DNA from: Eledone cirrhosa
Lineage: Eukaryota
NCBI GenBank assembly: GCA_964016885.1
Contig: OZ024740.1
Coordinates: forward strand, 233,554,001 to 233,618,000
Direction: 5' to 3'
Length of the DNA stretch: 64,000 nucleotides
Shown: one piece after another, positions 1 to 13,807 of the stretch
Layout of the letters: each line of letters opens with the position of its first letter
Position numbering within the stretch: position 1 is the first letter of the stretch
Translations under genes and position numbers: made by a program
The notes under the pieces: model-generated
Databases searched by the model: none
Seen by the model: the letters and a program-made list of their open reading frames with translations, nothing else
Told to the model about the DNA's origin: nothing

Positions 1-113
1 CCCCTCGTACATACATACATAAATTGTTATTCATTTGCAAACAGCACATCTGAGATGTGCGTTCGCGAGCACACATACACACACACACACGCACACACAC
101 ACACACACACACG

Positions 114-153
<40 letters not shown>

Positions 154-227
154 CAAACATTCAAACATCCACATCCATAGCCTACATACGCGCATATATT
201 CCATACATATATATTGGTGTGTTTATA

Positions 228-281
<54 letters not shown>

Positions 282-283
282 CA

Positions 284-341
<58 letters not shown>

Positions 342-411
342 TAAATCAAGAAAGAAGAGTGACATATATACACACACACACACATATATATATATATACA
401 TATATATATAC

Positions 412-577
<166 letters not shown>

Positions 578-669
578 TTCATTGAGTACGTTCAGAATTT
601 TGCAATGTATATTTCAAATTTACTATCCACACTCACATATACACATATATACACCCCACCATATAAATG

Positions 670-707
<38 letters not shown>

Positions 708-1712
708 CATACATACATGTATACAAATATATATACTCATGTATATATACACACACATAAGCACATACATAAAATTTCACCCCCTCCCCGACGCACGTAC
801 TTAAATAAAATATACATCCACACACATTCTTAAAACATTTACAAACAAACATACATACATAGATATAAGGAACTTACATAGACACCACCACCACTCCAGT
901 GATCGCAATAATCCAATATAAACAGACCTCCACCCATGCCTCTATATACAGATGTGTGTTGTTATAAAATACAGCGTAACTAAAACTGACATATTTACAA
1001 CATCGCTTTAAAGGGCCACCTTACGATGTCTATGAAATTTGGCAATACTACTCCTGTTAATGTTTCTATACTATATTGTGATCGAGCTGAGCTAACGAGG
1101 AGTGAATATGCGCGTTGGAACTCCGTCGGTTTTTGCGACGAGTGTTTTAGTTAGTGCGATCAACGGTACAGCATGCTCATGAAATTACTGTGCTAGACGA
1201 TGAGTATTTCACAGATAAGTGTACTCCGAGAAATTCTCATGGAATCGTGAAATAAAATGCCTTGTTCAAGGATAAGATGCACCGCCGGAATTCGAGCTCA
1301 CAGCTTTACGATTCAGAGCCGATCTCCTTAACCGCTAAGTCACGTGCCATTACAACAGGGGAGCATCTATGCAGTTGGTTATCCAAGTAGAAATAGCGGC
1401 CAAATCTCAAATCTCACTTTACCTTCGTAAATAAGGAAAATAGGCATTTAATGGTGTATTATCCCTAAAAACATAAAAAAGATGATCACCTCTGGTTATG
1501 TCTTCGGAATCCAGGTTAACCTGAGGCTAAACAACAACACATGCATATATTTTCAACCGTTCAACAGATTGGCAGATATGTAAACAGGGTAATGGTCCAG
1601 AAACATGTTGATTGTTTCTCGATGCCAGTGTTGAACAATCGGATGAAGATTGGTCATCGGCAGAGCACAGCTTTGTCGGGCCGTTTGCTTGCAAACGAAT
1701 CGAAGGGTTGGA

Positions 1713-1830
1713 CGAGTTCAAATCCTGCCGAGGTTAACTTTGCCTTTCATCCTTACGGGGTAGATAAAATGAAGTACCAGTAATGTACTGGGTATTTGCT
1801 GGCCTTGTGCCAAAAGTAGAAACAATTATT
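1713..1830 (+). mobile_element. tRNA-derived SINE family 1, 5'-truncated copy
   Basis: B-box GAGTTCAAATCC, central GCCTTTCATCCTTACGGGGT.GATAAAAT.AAGTACCAG, tail GGCCTTGTGCCAAAAGTAGAAACAATTATT, shared with about 20 copies in the window. Confidence 0.85.
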
Positions 1831-1871
1831 AACGTTCGATATGTATGTGTATGTGTGTGTATATATATATA

Positions 1872-1951
<80 letters not shown>

Positions 1952-2027
1952 AGTGTCTGTGTGTGTGTACGTATGCATACTTACATATATGTATACCTAT
2001 GTATATACTGTATATATATAATATATA

Positions 2028-2200
2028 TAACAAAGAAAGTGTGGTCGGATAAAAGGTGGACCATAACGCACCAGAGTAAACGATACTTAGGGTAGTAGAG
2101 TGGGTAATAGGAAAAGAGCCAGGACTGAGCCAGCTTAGTTCGGATCTAGCTGTCGCAACGGCCGGAGCTCTGCCGTCGGGGTCCTGACTCTTTTCCTATT
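2028..2200. mobile_element. (TA)n-embedded island, family A (PLE-type 3' end with inverted part)
   Basis: GGTGGACCATAACGCACCAGAGTA...CTTAGGGTAGTAGAGTGGGTAATAGG shared with 4880, 21236, 26841, 41103, 60154 and 60429; flanked by TA tracts. Confidence 0.75.
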
Positions 2201-2388
2201 ATATATATATATATATATATAGTTATGTAATAAACAACATAAGGCAATTATTCCATTTACCAGTGGTTTCTTAAAAGCAAAAAATTTTGCTTTCAATCAT
2301 CAGAATGAAAAAATCCTGGTGTATTTATTAAGCTCTGTTACCTACATAGAGCACTCTTTTTTCCTGGATTTTACGACGGAATTACTTC

Positions 2389-2506
<118 letters not shown>

Positions 2507-3593
2507 GTTATTAGACGTTCGACCTTCTATTTGCTTCAATCAAGAGAACTGCTACCTCATCGTGATATTAATGTGTACGTGGCTGAACATTCCACAGATA
2601 CGTGCACACTACGCCTATCTAACTAGTATGTTTATAGAACTATCAAATATAGTAATACCGAACTAGAAGAAATACGTATATTCAGTGCTGGGTTTAGGAC
2701 AAATGAGGCTCTGTGCTAGTTAAGTTATGATGTCCCATACTTGGGCCCTGAAGGAGGTAAAAAGATATTTTGGCAGGAAGATGGGTTCCCCTGGTCAACG
2801 GAGTCCTGTGCTTAAGCACAGCTATATACAATGGTAAATCCAGCACTGCATACGTTCTGAGTGCTTGCAGCTATATATTAAATTATCCACTATATTATAG
2901 ATACCTATTTGTACAAAAACCTTACAAGAGTCCAATCAAGCTGCAGGAAATGTGCATCTAAATAGATATATTTATGTATGTAAACAAGTAAACATGGAAA
3001 CATGTAACCCTGTTTTATTCAGGCAGTTTTCTGTAGATTGAATATGATCAACATTTTGACCACTTTTTCGGTTCTAGCTGAAATCATGTTCAGAAGCTGT
3101 GTACCTTTCTCTCTGGTTTGTAATACATTTACACAACTTCTAAGAATGGTTCAAACAAGAATCAAAACTCAGGTCAAAATGTTCAGCTATTTCATTCCCC
3201 GGAACCAATGTCTAAGTAGGACATGGTTACATGTTTAACTATAGAAATATATATATATATATATTATATTTCTCGCAGCTTTGGCTAAATACAGGTAAGG
3301 TGTATGTACAGATAAACACACACAAGCACAAACACACAAATGCTCGCACACGCACACACACACACACACACATAAACATATGATTGCGTGCGCACTCACA
3401 CGATTGCTCACACTCACACGCACATATATACTTATAGATAATATATATATATAGGTGTGGGGTGTATTTGTATGTGTGTGCATTTATGGGTGTGTATATA
3501 TATGGTTATGTATATATATATATATATACGTGTGTCTGTGTGTATTATAATTAATCTGTTAATGATCCATTACTGTCTTACACACACACACAC

Positions 3594-3682
3594 ACACGTA
3601 GTTTAACTACACCTGTGATCTTTCAGACGGGTTTCATGAAACAAGTCTGAAAGATCACAGACGTAGTTAAATTTGCGCGTGT
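3594..3682. repeat. Palindrome/foldback in (CA)n context containing the HHR 3' half GAAAC-AA-GTC
   Basis: TTTAACTAC..CTGTGATCTTTCAGAC / GTCTGAAAGATCACAG..GTAGTTAAA around centre GTTTCATGAAAC. Confidence 0.75.
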
Positions 3683-3841
3683 GTGAATCTTCAAATAATG
3701 GTGTATGATTCAAAACGGAATCACACACACACACACACACTTAACCAAACACACACACTCACACACACACACACACATATACATATATATATACAGATAT
3801 TTTGTAACTAACCTTACATAGTTCGATAACAATTACTCAGT

Positions 3842-3985
3842 GCATTACTGGTACTTTATTTTATCGACTCCGTAAGGAAAAAAGGCAAACTTAACCTCGA
3901 CGGGATTTGAACTCAGACCGTAAAGGGACGTAACTATGCTGGAAAGCATGGCGTCTGACCCTCTACCGATACTGCCAATCCACCA
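3842..3985 (-). mobile_element. tRNA-derived SINE family 1
   Basis: Reverse complement of the family consensus including A and B boxes. Confidence 0.85.
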
Positions 3986-4824
3986 ATGTATCGCGATCAG
4001 AAGTAATATAACACTGTTTATCACTTGGGTAAAAAAAAAATATGATTTGAATCTTAAGCATTCGTATTTCACGAAACTTATATTAAGATATAGATTTAGG
4101 TGTTAGAAGGGGAGTCAAACTATAAGTTCGATATTTTATTAGGAGATTCTTTAGACCGGCTGATGTAATGTCTTGCATTGGTAAAATAAAGTACCAGTAA
4201 TACAATGGGGTAATTGCTGGCCTTATGCCAAAAGTAGAAACAATTATCTATTGACGGTCCTTTACGTTCTGTCTTTAAATTCAGATGTGGGAGACTTCAT
4301 TTTTCGTCCTTCCGTGTTGATAAAACAAGTATTATTCTAGCAATCGAGACAATATAATTGACAGTTCCTAAGTAATCATTACCACATTCACTTTCACGTC
4401 ATTTCAAACTGGGTCTTTTGGAACGTTTGCTATAAAATTTGGGGCTACAATATCAGTTATTTTGTAAACTTTAACAATATATTATTGTAATTGCATGATC
4501 TGTTATGAAAATAATATAGGTGAGAAATATTACAATATAATCCAATACCAGATTTCAAAGCAACATAATCTCTAACCATATAGCTAAATCTCCTTATTCT
4601 GAAAAAAAGGTGGACATATTTTAATAACATAGACCTAGGTACGGAATACCCGATAAAAGGAACAGATGGTCATGGCTGGAACGATCTTTGATGTTTTCTT
4701 TCCGCAGAAGATTGACTAAACAACTATAACAATTTCTTGATTACCTATTTACTTGACTTGAAAGGCGTATATATACATATACATACACAGACAGATAGAA
4801 AGACAGTCACCCCCCCCCCCCCCC

Positions 4825-4879
<55 letters not shown>

Positions 4880-4881
<2 letters not shown>

Positions 4882-5013
4882 CGAAGGAAATGTGGTAAGG
4901 AACCAGGTGGACCATAACGCACCAAAGTACTCAATACTTAGGGTAGCAGAGTGGGTAATAGGAACGAGTAGGACCCCGAAGGCTGAGCTCAGCCGTCGGG
5001 GTCCTACTCGTTC
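4880..5013 (-). mobile_element. Family A island with palindrome 4962-5013 centred on GAGCTC
   Basis: GAACGAGTAGGACCCCGAAGGCTGAG|CTCAGCCGTCGGGGTCCTACTCGTTC, TA tracts on both sides. Confidence 0.8.
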
Positions 5014-5047
<34 letters not shown>

Positions 5048-5070
5048 GTATATATATATATACATATATA

Positions 5071-5105
<35 letters not shown>

Positions 5106-5136
5106 GCATTCATATATATATACATATATATATAAG

Positions 5137-5173
<37 letters not shown>

Positions 5174-5937
5174 CTCACACATATATATATATATGTATGT
5201 GTGTATACCTGTGTGTGTGTGTATGTATGTGTGTGTGTTTGCGTCAGATGTCACTCTTTCACTACTTCGTATTACCCGTTTCTATCTCCAAACCAAAGTT
5301 TCTATCATGCAGGCACGCACACAAACACGTACACACACACATTCACTCATACACACACACACACGCACACTAACACACACAAACACACACTCACATACAC
5401 AACACTCACTCACACATGCTCATACACATCTACACACACTTCACTACTGATATTCATATAGTTGAGGTAGCGAGTACTTTAAGTTAAGGTTATTTCGGTA
5501 ACCTTACCCTTGTTTATATTTTTAACCTAATCTGCATCTGACCCACCCCTTAAATCTGATGCAACGTGTGGCCACAAGGAAAACCATTCTTTCTAAATGA
5601 GGCATGACTCTCAACGGACTAATTTACCATTCGTTGACCTCTCGTACTAATTTATAACATGGTGTAGTTCACTACTATTAACAACGGTAGCACTAGTAGC
5701 ACTACGAGCTAACGGGTAAGGGTTTACCTGGTCGCGCCCAGTCCTAAAAATAGCAGCCAAATCTCCCTGCACTCTTATCCTACTGTCTTTTTTAAAAGGA
5801 ACACATTGGCTAATGTAGATTATGGTATTCAAATAGAATAATCACGTCTAGAGCGCTATCTAATCATAGATCAGTTGAATGGCGGATGTTTACTGTTTAA
5901 ATAACAGTAAAAAGAACTACAACAATGTTTCTTGGTT

Positions 5938-6310
5938 AATAATTGTTTCTGCTTATGGCACAAGGCCAGCAAATATCCCAGTGCATTACTGGTACTTTAT
6001 TTTATCGACGCCGTAAAGATGAAAGGCAAAGTTAACCTCGGCGGGATTTGAACTCAGAATGGCAAGGACCGTAACTCTATGCGTCAAAGCATGGTGTCCG
6101 ACCCTCTACCGATACTGCCAATTAATAATTGTTTCTACTTTTGGCACAAGGCCAGCAATTACCCAGTACATTACTGGTACTTTATTTTATCGACCCCGTA
6201 AGGATGAAAGGCAAAGTTAACCTCGACAGGATTTGAACTCAGACCGTAAAGGGACGTAACTATGCTGGAAAGCATGGCGTCCGACCCTCTACCGATACTG
6301 CCAATTCACC
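5938..6310 (-). mobile_element. Two tandem tRNA-derived SINE family 1 copies (5938-6121, 6124-6310)
   Basis: Two near-full-length head-to-tail copies. Confidence 0.9.
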
Positions 6311-8115
6311 TATAATGTCAAGTTAAACTTACCACAATAAAACGGAAGGGAAATACAACACTAATCCTTTTTGATAAGAAACCGCCTGAAACCGGCCCTT
6401 ATTCATCGAATATAAGCTGTATGTTTCTAAAAACGTTTCATCATAATTTAAGTCAGGATCTTTGTTAATCTATACTCCAAAACACAAGCTTAATGTTGAG
6501 AAAGTTAATCTAAATTCCTGATTATTTTTATTGTTTGAAAATCATAGGCAGTGTTTTTCATTAGAAAGATAGCAATGAAAGGGTCAAGTGTTTTAGAATT
6601 CAACGTCACAGGAATCTGTGTATCAACGCCTAACCGTTTGCAGACTGAATCAATACATCAAATTAGGCAAACAGTGATAAGTGTTTTAGTTAGTGTGATT
6701 CAATGTATCAGATTTAATTTGATATAGATTCACTATCTCAGAGTCAAGCATCTAGAACCGTATTCAACCAGCCGTTTCCCTTCTTTTGATTTATGATTAT
6801 TGTTTTACTTAATACAAACATTGGCAGCAGGGATATCGTATGGTTAAGACTACGTTTCGCAGTCTCAGTTTGATCCCATTAGTTGACGTCTAGGGAAAGT
6901 ATCTTCTACTATAGACCCAAGCTTTTTTTGCGAAACTGTGTGGGCGAAAATTGCAAAAGCCCGTCTGATGAACTGTGTCTGTATTTCGAAATGTCAACCT
7001 TATTACACACTATGTCACCCGGATTTTGCCAATGGATTACATGAAAGGTACCAATGTCTGTGGAATACGCAACCATTTACACTATGTTTCAATACATAGG
7101 TTGTCCTGTTGATGAAGCAACTGGGATACACATCGCCGAAACCAACGAACATCCATTTACATACTCTTCAATGTGTTTTACTTCGCTGAACCAATTAGTG
7201 TCAGAGCATTTGAAAACAAGTTGCTGTTTAACCCTAATACTGTTCTGATTAAACAAAATTATGAAATTAAAGTGTTCCGGTCATGACCATCCCAACATTT
7301 TTCAGACAATTTATCCAAGACTACATTATACAATATGTCTTTCCTGTTTTAAGATTGTAAGTTGTAGGTTAAGTGGAATTTGGCACCTATTTCTAGCACC
7401 ATGTAAAGGTTAACAGGTTGCAAGTTGTATACGATGGAACAGTCAACCCAGGGCGATAGTTGCTTGTCCTTTGTTATTGTGTTCTCTGCTTTGGTTGTGA
7501 TTTATTTATTATGATTATTATTTGTGTTTCGTTGTTTCCTTGTTTCGTTGTTTCTCTTGTTTGGTGTGTGAAAGGGTTTTCCAAATTAGTTAACGAAATA
7601 ATTATTAATGACTATTTGTGTTGAACAATTATCCTGGTTAAAAAAATTTCAGGATTTCAAAAGCTGCAAAAGACACCTCATCATTCTTGCCATCGGAAAT
7701 GCAGGGAACCAGTGATAGAAACGCTCGATCCACATCAGAAACGATGCTGTTATTCACAACTAAATACTACTTTTAAAAATATGATACAGTAGGGGCAACA
7801 TCCTTCACCAGGTCATCAATTTGATGCATATTGGAAGGAATATCTACCATTCTTGTAAAATACATAACAAATGTCATTTGAGTGGTGTATTTTCTCAAAG
7901 AATATATGATATTACATTAGTATATATTAATCAGGCTCCCATGAAATATACTTGGCTATGCAATAAAGTAGTGAAACTGCTTTGTGGTTAACAATCCTGT
8001 TTCAATAACTTCGACAAAAAGTCTCGCTTGAAATAGAAAACGAAGATGGAAGAGTATCATACAGAGATAGACTACCAGTCGCAAATGAAACAAACAAACA
8101 ATATGCCCCATGAAA

Positions 8116-8188
8116 ATGTGTTAATAATGTGAATAATGTGTTAATAATGTGAATAATGTGTTAATAATGTGAATAATTTGTTAATAAT
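8116..8188. repeat. 20-bp tandem repeat AATGTGTTAATAATGTGAAT, about 3.5 copies
   Basis: Direct reading. Confidence 0.8.
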
Positions 8189-8912
8189 TGACACAAGTAG
8201 ACTACCTAATTATAATGTTGTGCAGCAGCAAATTGAAAATCTAAAGAATTACACTAATTTAGCTCTTGAATTATAAATACTTTGTCAAGGAATGTATGCT
8301 TCTATACAAATGGAATGACACGCAGCCACATCTGCACAGAGAGTTACAGATTGATAATAGATTCCAGAAATTAGCAATTAGGATTTTTTTAGCATTCTCA
8401 CACAGGTTTCGTTAAGATTGAACAGTTTATATGTTAATATCCAAGATAGAGGTAGTAGTTGGCGGTTGGAGTGTTGTTTCAGAATCGTAAAATTAAGTGT
8501 TTGACCCTCGGATCAAGCGACATAGCGTGTCTTTGAGTTGTCCGCTCAACTGGAAATGAGTACTATCGTCAGCTGGGATTAACTTTGCTCAGACTAGCTC
8601 CTCTTTCAAAGATAAATATTGTACTTTCAATCGTTTAATAACACTTGAAATCAGAATATGCTCCCTCCCCCTACTTTTTTCAACTAATGCAAATACGTAA
8701 AACTGATGAAAAAAATGTAATTCTTTTTTATTCAATGACTGAAAGTATTAATGGTTCTCAAACTATGATAATTAGGATGATAATATTGATTTGTAACCTT
8801 GATGCATGGCAACATATTGGAGTATTTAAAATTTGTATTTATGTTATCGCCCACGTTAGGGTGAAATGCAAAGACAACGTTGCTGTGACTTGAACTCGGA
8901 ATGTATTAGTCA

Positions 8913-9378
8913 TAATGATTTCCAATTTTGTAACGAGGCTAGTGATTAAGGAGAAGGATAAAGTCGATTAAATTGACCTTAATATTTAACATGCACTTTA
9001 ATTTATCGACCCAGGAATGGTGGAAGGCACACTTGATCTCGGTGGCTTTTTAGCTCCGAATATAAAGAGTTGGAAAGAATGCCGCAAAGCATTTAGTCCG
9101 GCAATCTAGCGGGTCTGCAAATCCACATCAAACAAACATATTTCAGTATTAACTGAGAAGGTGATGGATTGACTGAGTCAGTAGAGCGTCGGATAAATAC
9201 GTGGCCGTATTTGTTCCGGGTCTTTACATTCTAAGCTCAAATCCCGCCGAGGTCAACTTTGCTCTTCATTCTTCAGGGGTCGATAAAATAAAGTATCAGT
9301 CACGTACTGAGGTTCATTTGATCAACTTTGCCCTTCGTCCAAATTACCTGGCGTTTTGTGTCCAAATTAGAAATCAAT
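8913..9378. mobile_element. Two older diverged SINE family 1 copies in opposite orientation (8913-9125 minus, 9159-9378 plus)
   Basis: Diverged matches to B-box and GGGGTCGATAAAATAAAGTA core. Confidence 0.7.
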
Positions 9379-9852
9379 ATTTCAAAATATTCGTATAATT
9401 TTTTCGGTTTGGTTTTTCTGTCGTAGGACTGTCGCCTTTCATCTTCTGGGGGTATGAGAATTAATGTTGGTGGCTTTTGTTGTTGTTCTTTGTTATTGGT
9501 GTCGTTATTGATGATTATGTTAAGTGTAGCGAAGTGGGGCGACGGGAAATTTTCCATTTATTTTAATACAGTTATAATTTACTGAACTTAGACATAGATG
9601 TGTTGAAAGTCTTGTATGGATACTGTATGCTTGGTTACCAATATTATAGTAACCATTGTTGTCGTTGTTGCCGTTGTTGTTGCTGCTGCTGATGATGATG
9701 ATCATCATCATCATCATCATTCTGTTGCTGATGTCGCTGTTGGTCGATGTAGCAGTTGCAATACTAACGTTATACTCACCATTGTTGTTGTTGAGTTGTT
9801 AGTGTTTTGGTGCTGCCTTGTCTTTCTCTCTCTCTATCTATCTATCTATCTA

Positions 9853-9907
<55 letters not shown>

Positions 9908-9913
<6 letters not shown>

Positions 9914-10306
9914 AATGAATAATAACAGGTAGACATCATAAAAAGGTAATGTATTCTGTGTGCTTACAAATGTTTCCACGGTGGTTATACAGCCTAGTTA
10001 TGCTCTGATGATACAGTGGTCACAGCATTTGATAATTGAGTTTTGCAAATAGTTATAAATTTGCACATAGCATAACTAGGCTGTATAACCACCGTGGAAA
10101 CATTTGTAAGCACACGGAATAAATTACCTTTTTATGATGTCTACCTGTTATTATTCATTCTTTATCTACACTCCGGAATACAAAAGGATCAGGAACTAAG
10201 TTTCTTCAACAATTCTTCCATAACTCGTTGAGTAACCTCTCACCGTACGTCAACTATATCCAGTGTAGTAATTAACCATTACTGCATCCAGGATAATCCT
10301 ATACCT
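9908..10306 (+). mobile_element. (TA)n-embedded island with 97-bp inverted arms (9908-10004, 10069-10165) and a hammerhead
   Basis: Near-perfect inverted repeat; spacer starts with CTGATGA; ends in (TA)n. Confidence 0.8.
10001..10112 (+). ncRNA. Type I hammerhead ribozyme (minimal stem III, long stem II)
   Basis: TGCT-CTGATGA-TACAGTGGT CACAGC...GCTGT ATA ACCACCGTG-GAAA-C ATTT G-TA-AGCA; stem I TGCT/AGCA, predicted cleavage after GUA at 10108. Confidence 0.75.
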
Positions 10307-10589
10307 AATATATATATATATATATATATACACACACTCCCACTCTCACCAAGCGTGAAGCTAATAACAATTTATACCTTTGACTTCTGCGTTTCTTTCT
10401 TTGTTTGTCATTGAACTATATATATATATGTGTGTGTGTGCTAGTGTGTGTGTACATCACATATTCACCAGCTCAGTACAGCGCTCTAGAGCTCTTTCTC
10501 CCTTAGTCTCTCTCTCATTCACCATCCTTCTTTAACTCAGCACTCCCCCTCCACCTCTCTCTCTCACCCTCTCTAACTCCTTTCTCTTA

Positions 10590-10651
<62 letters not shown>

Positions 10652-11219
10652 AAGTGTCTGTTTCTCGTACTCTTTTTCCGCGGTTCTTTGACTTTAGCTT
10701 TCCCTTACTTCCCCCTATTTTGACCTGACAGTGTCAAAGATATTAGTGATGGCGGATGTTTGCACATGGCCTCTAAGTAATTGGGGGAAAATCTCGCGAG
10801 AACAACCACCCTTATCTCGCTGTTGTCTCCTAAGGGACTACATGTCACACAGACACACGCACACAGACATACACTAATACACATATACACACACAAGCAT
10901 ATACACATACAACTCTAATATCAGCGACGTTAAAGTTTCTTGTGTAAAAGCTAAAGGAAGAGTTTGTCCTACTTGCCACAAAAGGTACTCGTATACCAAC
11001 GACCACAACGGATTATAAGAATGGGTTTGATGGAAATCAATAACGAATCAAATTAAAATATGTTTATTGCACATTTGAAATGAAGCAATCTGCTGTTTAA
11101 AATACAAATGTCCTTTTATAACACGTGTGCGATTGCAAAACAGACAGGTGAACACAATTCACATGAATACACCTTCCACACGCCCCTATATATACTGAAT
11201 TTTTTTCCTTTTCAAATAG

Positions 11220-11370
11220 CAAAAGCATGAATCTAAAACCCTTGCTGGTGCTGACAAAGATATCCTTGCTGAAGCTGAACGTCTTGAGATCAAAGAGAAA
11301 TGTCCTACAATCCTTGTTGAATTGCTTTTTAATGCAGACATATTTTGAATAAAAGAAATATGGACAATAC
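11220..11370 (+). pseudogene. EIF5: Decayed orphan exon of eukaryotic translation initiation factor 5 (start of W2/CTD region)
   Basis: After a polypyrimidine tract and AG (11218-11219) it reads QKHESKTLAGADKDILAEAERLEIKEKCPTILVELLFNADIF*, closely resembling eIF5 [30 protein letters not shown] (recalled); stop at 11346, then frameshifted KKY. Confidence 0.8.
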
Positions 11371-12469
11371 AAGAAAACGAACAAATACAGTCAGTCCCAT
11401 CTCATCAGTCGCCTGTTAGTGATACGTTTTTTCAGTGTTTATATATATATATAACACTATTAACGAAGATCGCTGGTATAAATACACCGTCCTTCGGTCA
11501 GTGTCTAGCTCGTTCAATAAATCTAGTGAATTGCAGTTATGCAGCTGCAATCACCTGTTCAGAGTGCACACATTTAGTTTTATTGTAGACCGTTGACTGT
11601 GTTTTTGATTAGTAACATTCCTGAACGAACGTTTCTGTGCAATATTTCTTTACAAATGCAGATTTTACTACTGCAATGTTCAGAAAATCACATAAAATCA
11701 GCAGATAATTACGCAATCGGGCTATTACACGTCATCAGCAGTACTGCGGAATGATATAATAATATAATTGTTTCTTCTTTTGGCACAATGATATAATAGT
11801 ATAATGCGATATATATATGGAGTTTGTATCATTGTTGTCGGAAAGGTTTCAGAATTTAACATAGTTAATGAATCAGGAAAATGTTTCTAATTGCATATCT
11901 ATTAAAAAGCATATGCTATCTATGATTCAACGCAACATGGAAATATCATTTGGGATATTTGAATGAGAATTGCTTTAAACTTCGATATACTTTGTGTTTA
12001 TTATATACCAGATTTCATGTGCTATTGTTTATATTCCTTCGAGGACCGACTAAGAGAAAATCAGACTAACGCGCGTATGTGTCCGTGTGTGTCCGTGTGT
12101 GTCCCCGTGTGTGTCCGTGTGTGTATGTGTCCTTCTTGCGTTTAAGTTTATGTCGTTGTTCATGTTATTCCATTTTGTGCCCTGTAATGTAGGAGTTCAA
12201 CAGAGATTGATAAAACAAATTCCAGTCTTAAATAAGTATTGAGTTCGATATGTTTGAATAAGATCCTTGAATGCAAGACCACAGTTAAATGATTGAATCT
12301 AGTGAATGAATAAACATATCTGAATACTGGCATATAAATACATACATACATGTTTGTGTATGAGTTTGTGGCTGAGGTATGTGTGTGCATGAGTTTGTAT
12401 GTGTGTGTGAATGTGTGTGTATGTGTGTGTGTGTATGTATATATATATGTGTATATATATATGTGTGTG

Positions 12470-12506
<37 letters not shown>

Positions 12507-12873
12507 TTATGTAATTTTGTCGTTGTACTAATATTATCACGTGAGAGTAAATCTCTGCCTGCCAGCAAATTGTTATCAGCTGAATGAAAGTCAAACCGTG
12601 ATTTGCAATGACGATTTGTTCTTGGAAAGATGTCATACATAAATAACAATTCATTAACCTTTGAATCCCTGCATTAATAATTTAAGAACCCTCTTCACCT
12701 TGCTCTAGCTCCTCTTTAAAACATCAATCATATCGGTTAATATATACACACATATATACCTTGCTTACAATTCAGATTTCCAAACTGTTCTTTAGCCTTT
12801 CGCTATTTACGAGATAAGCGAAACCTACTTGTTTTGTGCCAATTTCAGCTGATTTTATTGGAGACATTTTTTC

Positions 12874-13060
12874 GCATATTTTGATAGGGTTTCTTGTTTT
12901 TATTATTATTCTTTTTTTGCATATTTTGACAGGGTTTCATGTTTTTATTATTATTCTTTTTTTGCATATTTTGACAGGGTTTCTTGTTTTTATTATTATT
13001 CTTGTTTTGCATATTTTGACAGGGTTTCTTGTTTTTATTATTATTCTTTTTTTGCATATT
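12874..13060. repeat. 45-bp minisatellite, about 4 copies
   Basis: Unit GCATATTTTGACAGGGTTTCTTGTTTTTATTATTATTCTTTTTTT. Confidence 0.9.
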
Positions 13061-13109
13061 GGGCGGATAAAATTTTAAATTTACATAACACACTCTGATA
13101 TCACTTATA

Positions 13110-13512
13110 TACAGTTCCCACTGTATTCGCGGTGGTTACGTTCCTAGAGCAATGCTAATAATGAATAAACCGCGAATATGGGGCGCGGTTCATAAAAATG
13201 CCTATAAACATCAAAACAACGTAAAATCTAGGCCGACAAATACTGTATATTGTTATTAATAATTTAGCGTTAAAAAATGGGAAAAGATTTATAATTGTTT
13301 CTACTTTTGGCACAAGTCCAGCATTATCCCAGTGCATTACTGGTACTTTATTTTGTCGACCCCGTAAGGATGAAAGGCAAAGTTAATGCCACGAAAAAAG
13401 CCATAAAACAATCGCAGAAAATTTTTTTTTACGATTCCGCGAATATGCGGTGGTTTCCACGAACAATTATCAGTTATGTTCCAATGACAATTCCGCGAAC
13501 AACCGGGACTGC
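13110..13512. mobile_element. Tigger/pogo-like MITE interrupted by a SINE fragment (13291-13387)
   Basis: Imperfect TIRs TACAGTTCCCACTGTATTCGCGG / CCGCGAACAACCGGGACTGCA; internal CCGCGAATA repeats. Confidence 0.6.
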
Positions 13513-13634
13513 AAGTGTCGTGGGTGTACTGAATATACATATATATATATATATATATATGCATACACATACATACATATATACATACATACATATATAT
13601 ATATATAAATGCATACACATACATACATATATAC

Positions 13635-13666
<32 letters not shown>

Positions 13667-13807
13667 GTCAACTTTTTTACATCCAGGGACTCTTATACAC
13701 AATTTGTTAGACTATTTTTCATAGTAAAAACATATGTGCGTTGAAGCTCCTAAGTTAATTTTCAATAAATACATATTTGTTCAATGTTTCTAAAAATAGA
13801 TCATATA

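Noticed and set aside
7620-8100. Possible exon or transposase remnant (SDVDRAF on minus, FDAYWKE on plus)
   Set aside because: Motifs are on opposite strands, with stops and no recognisable homology
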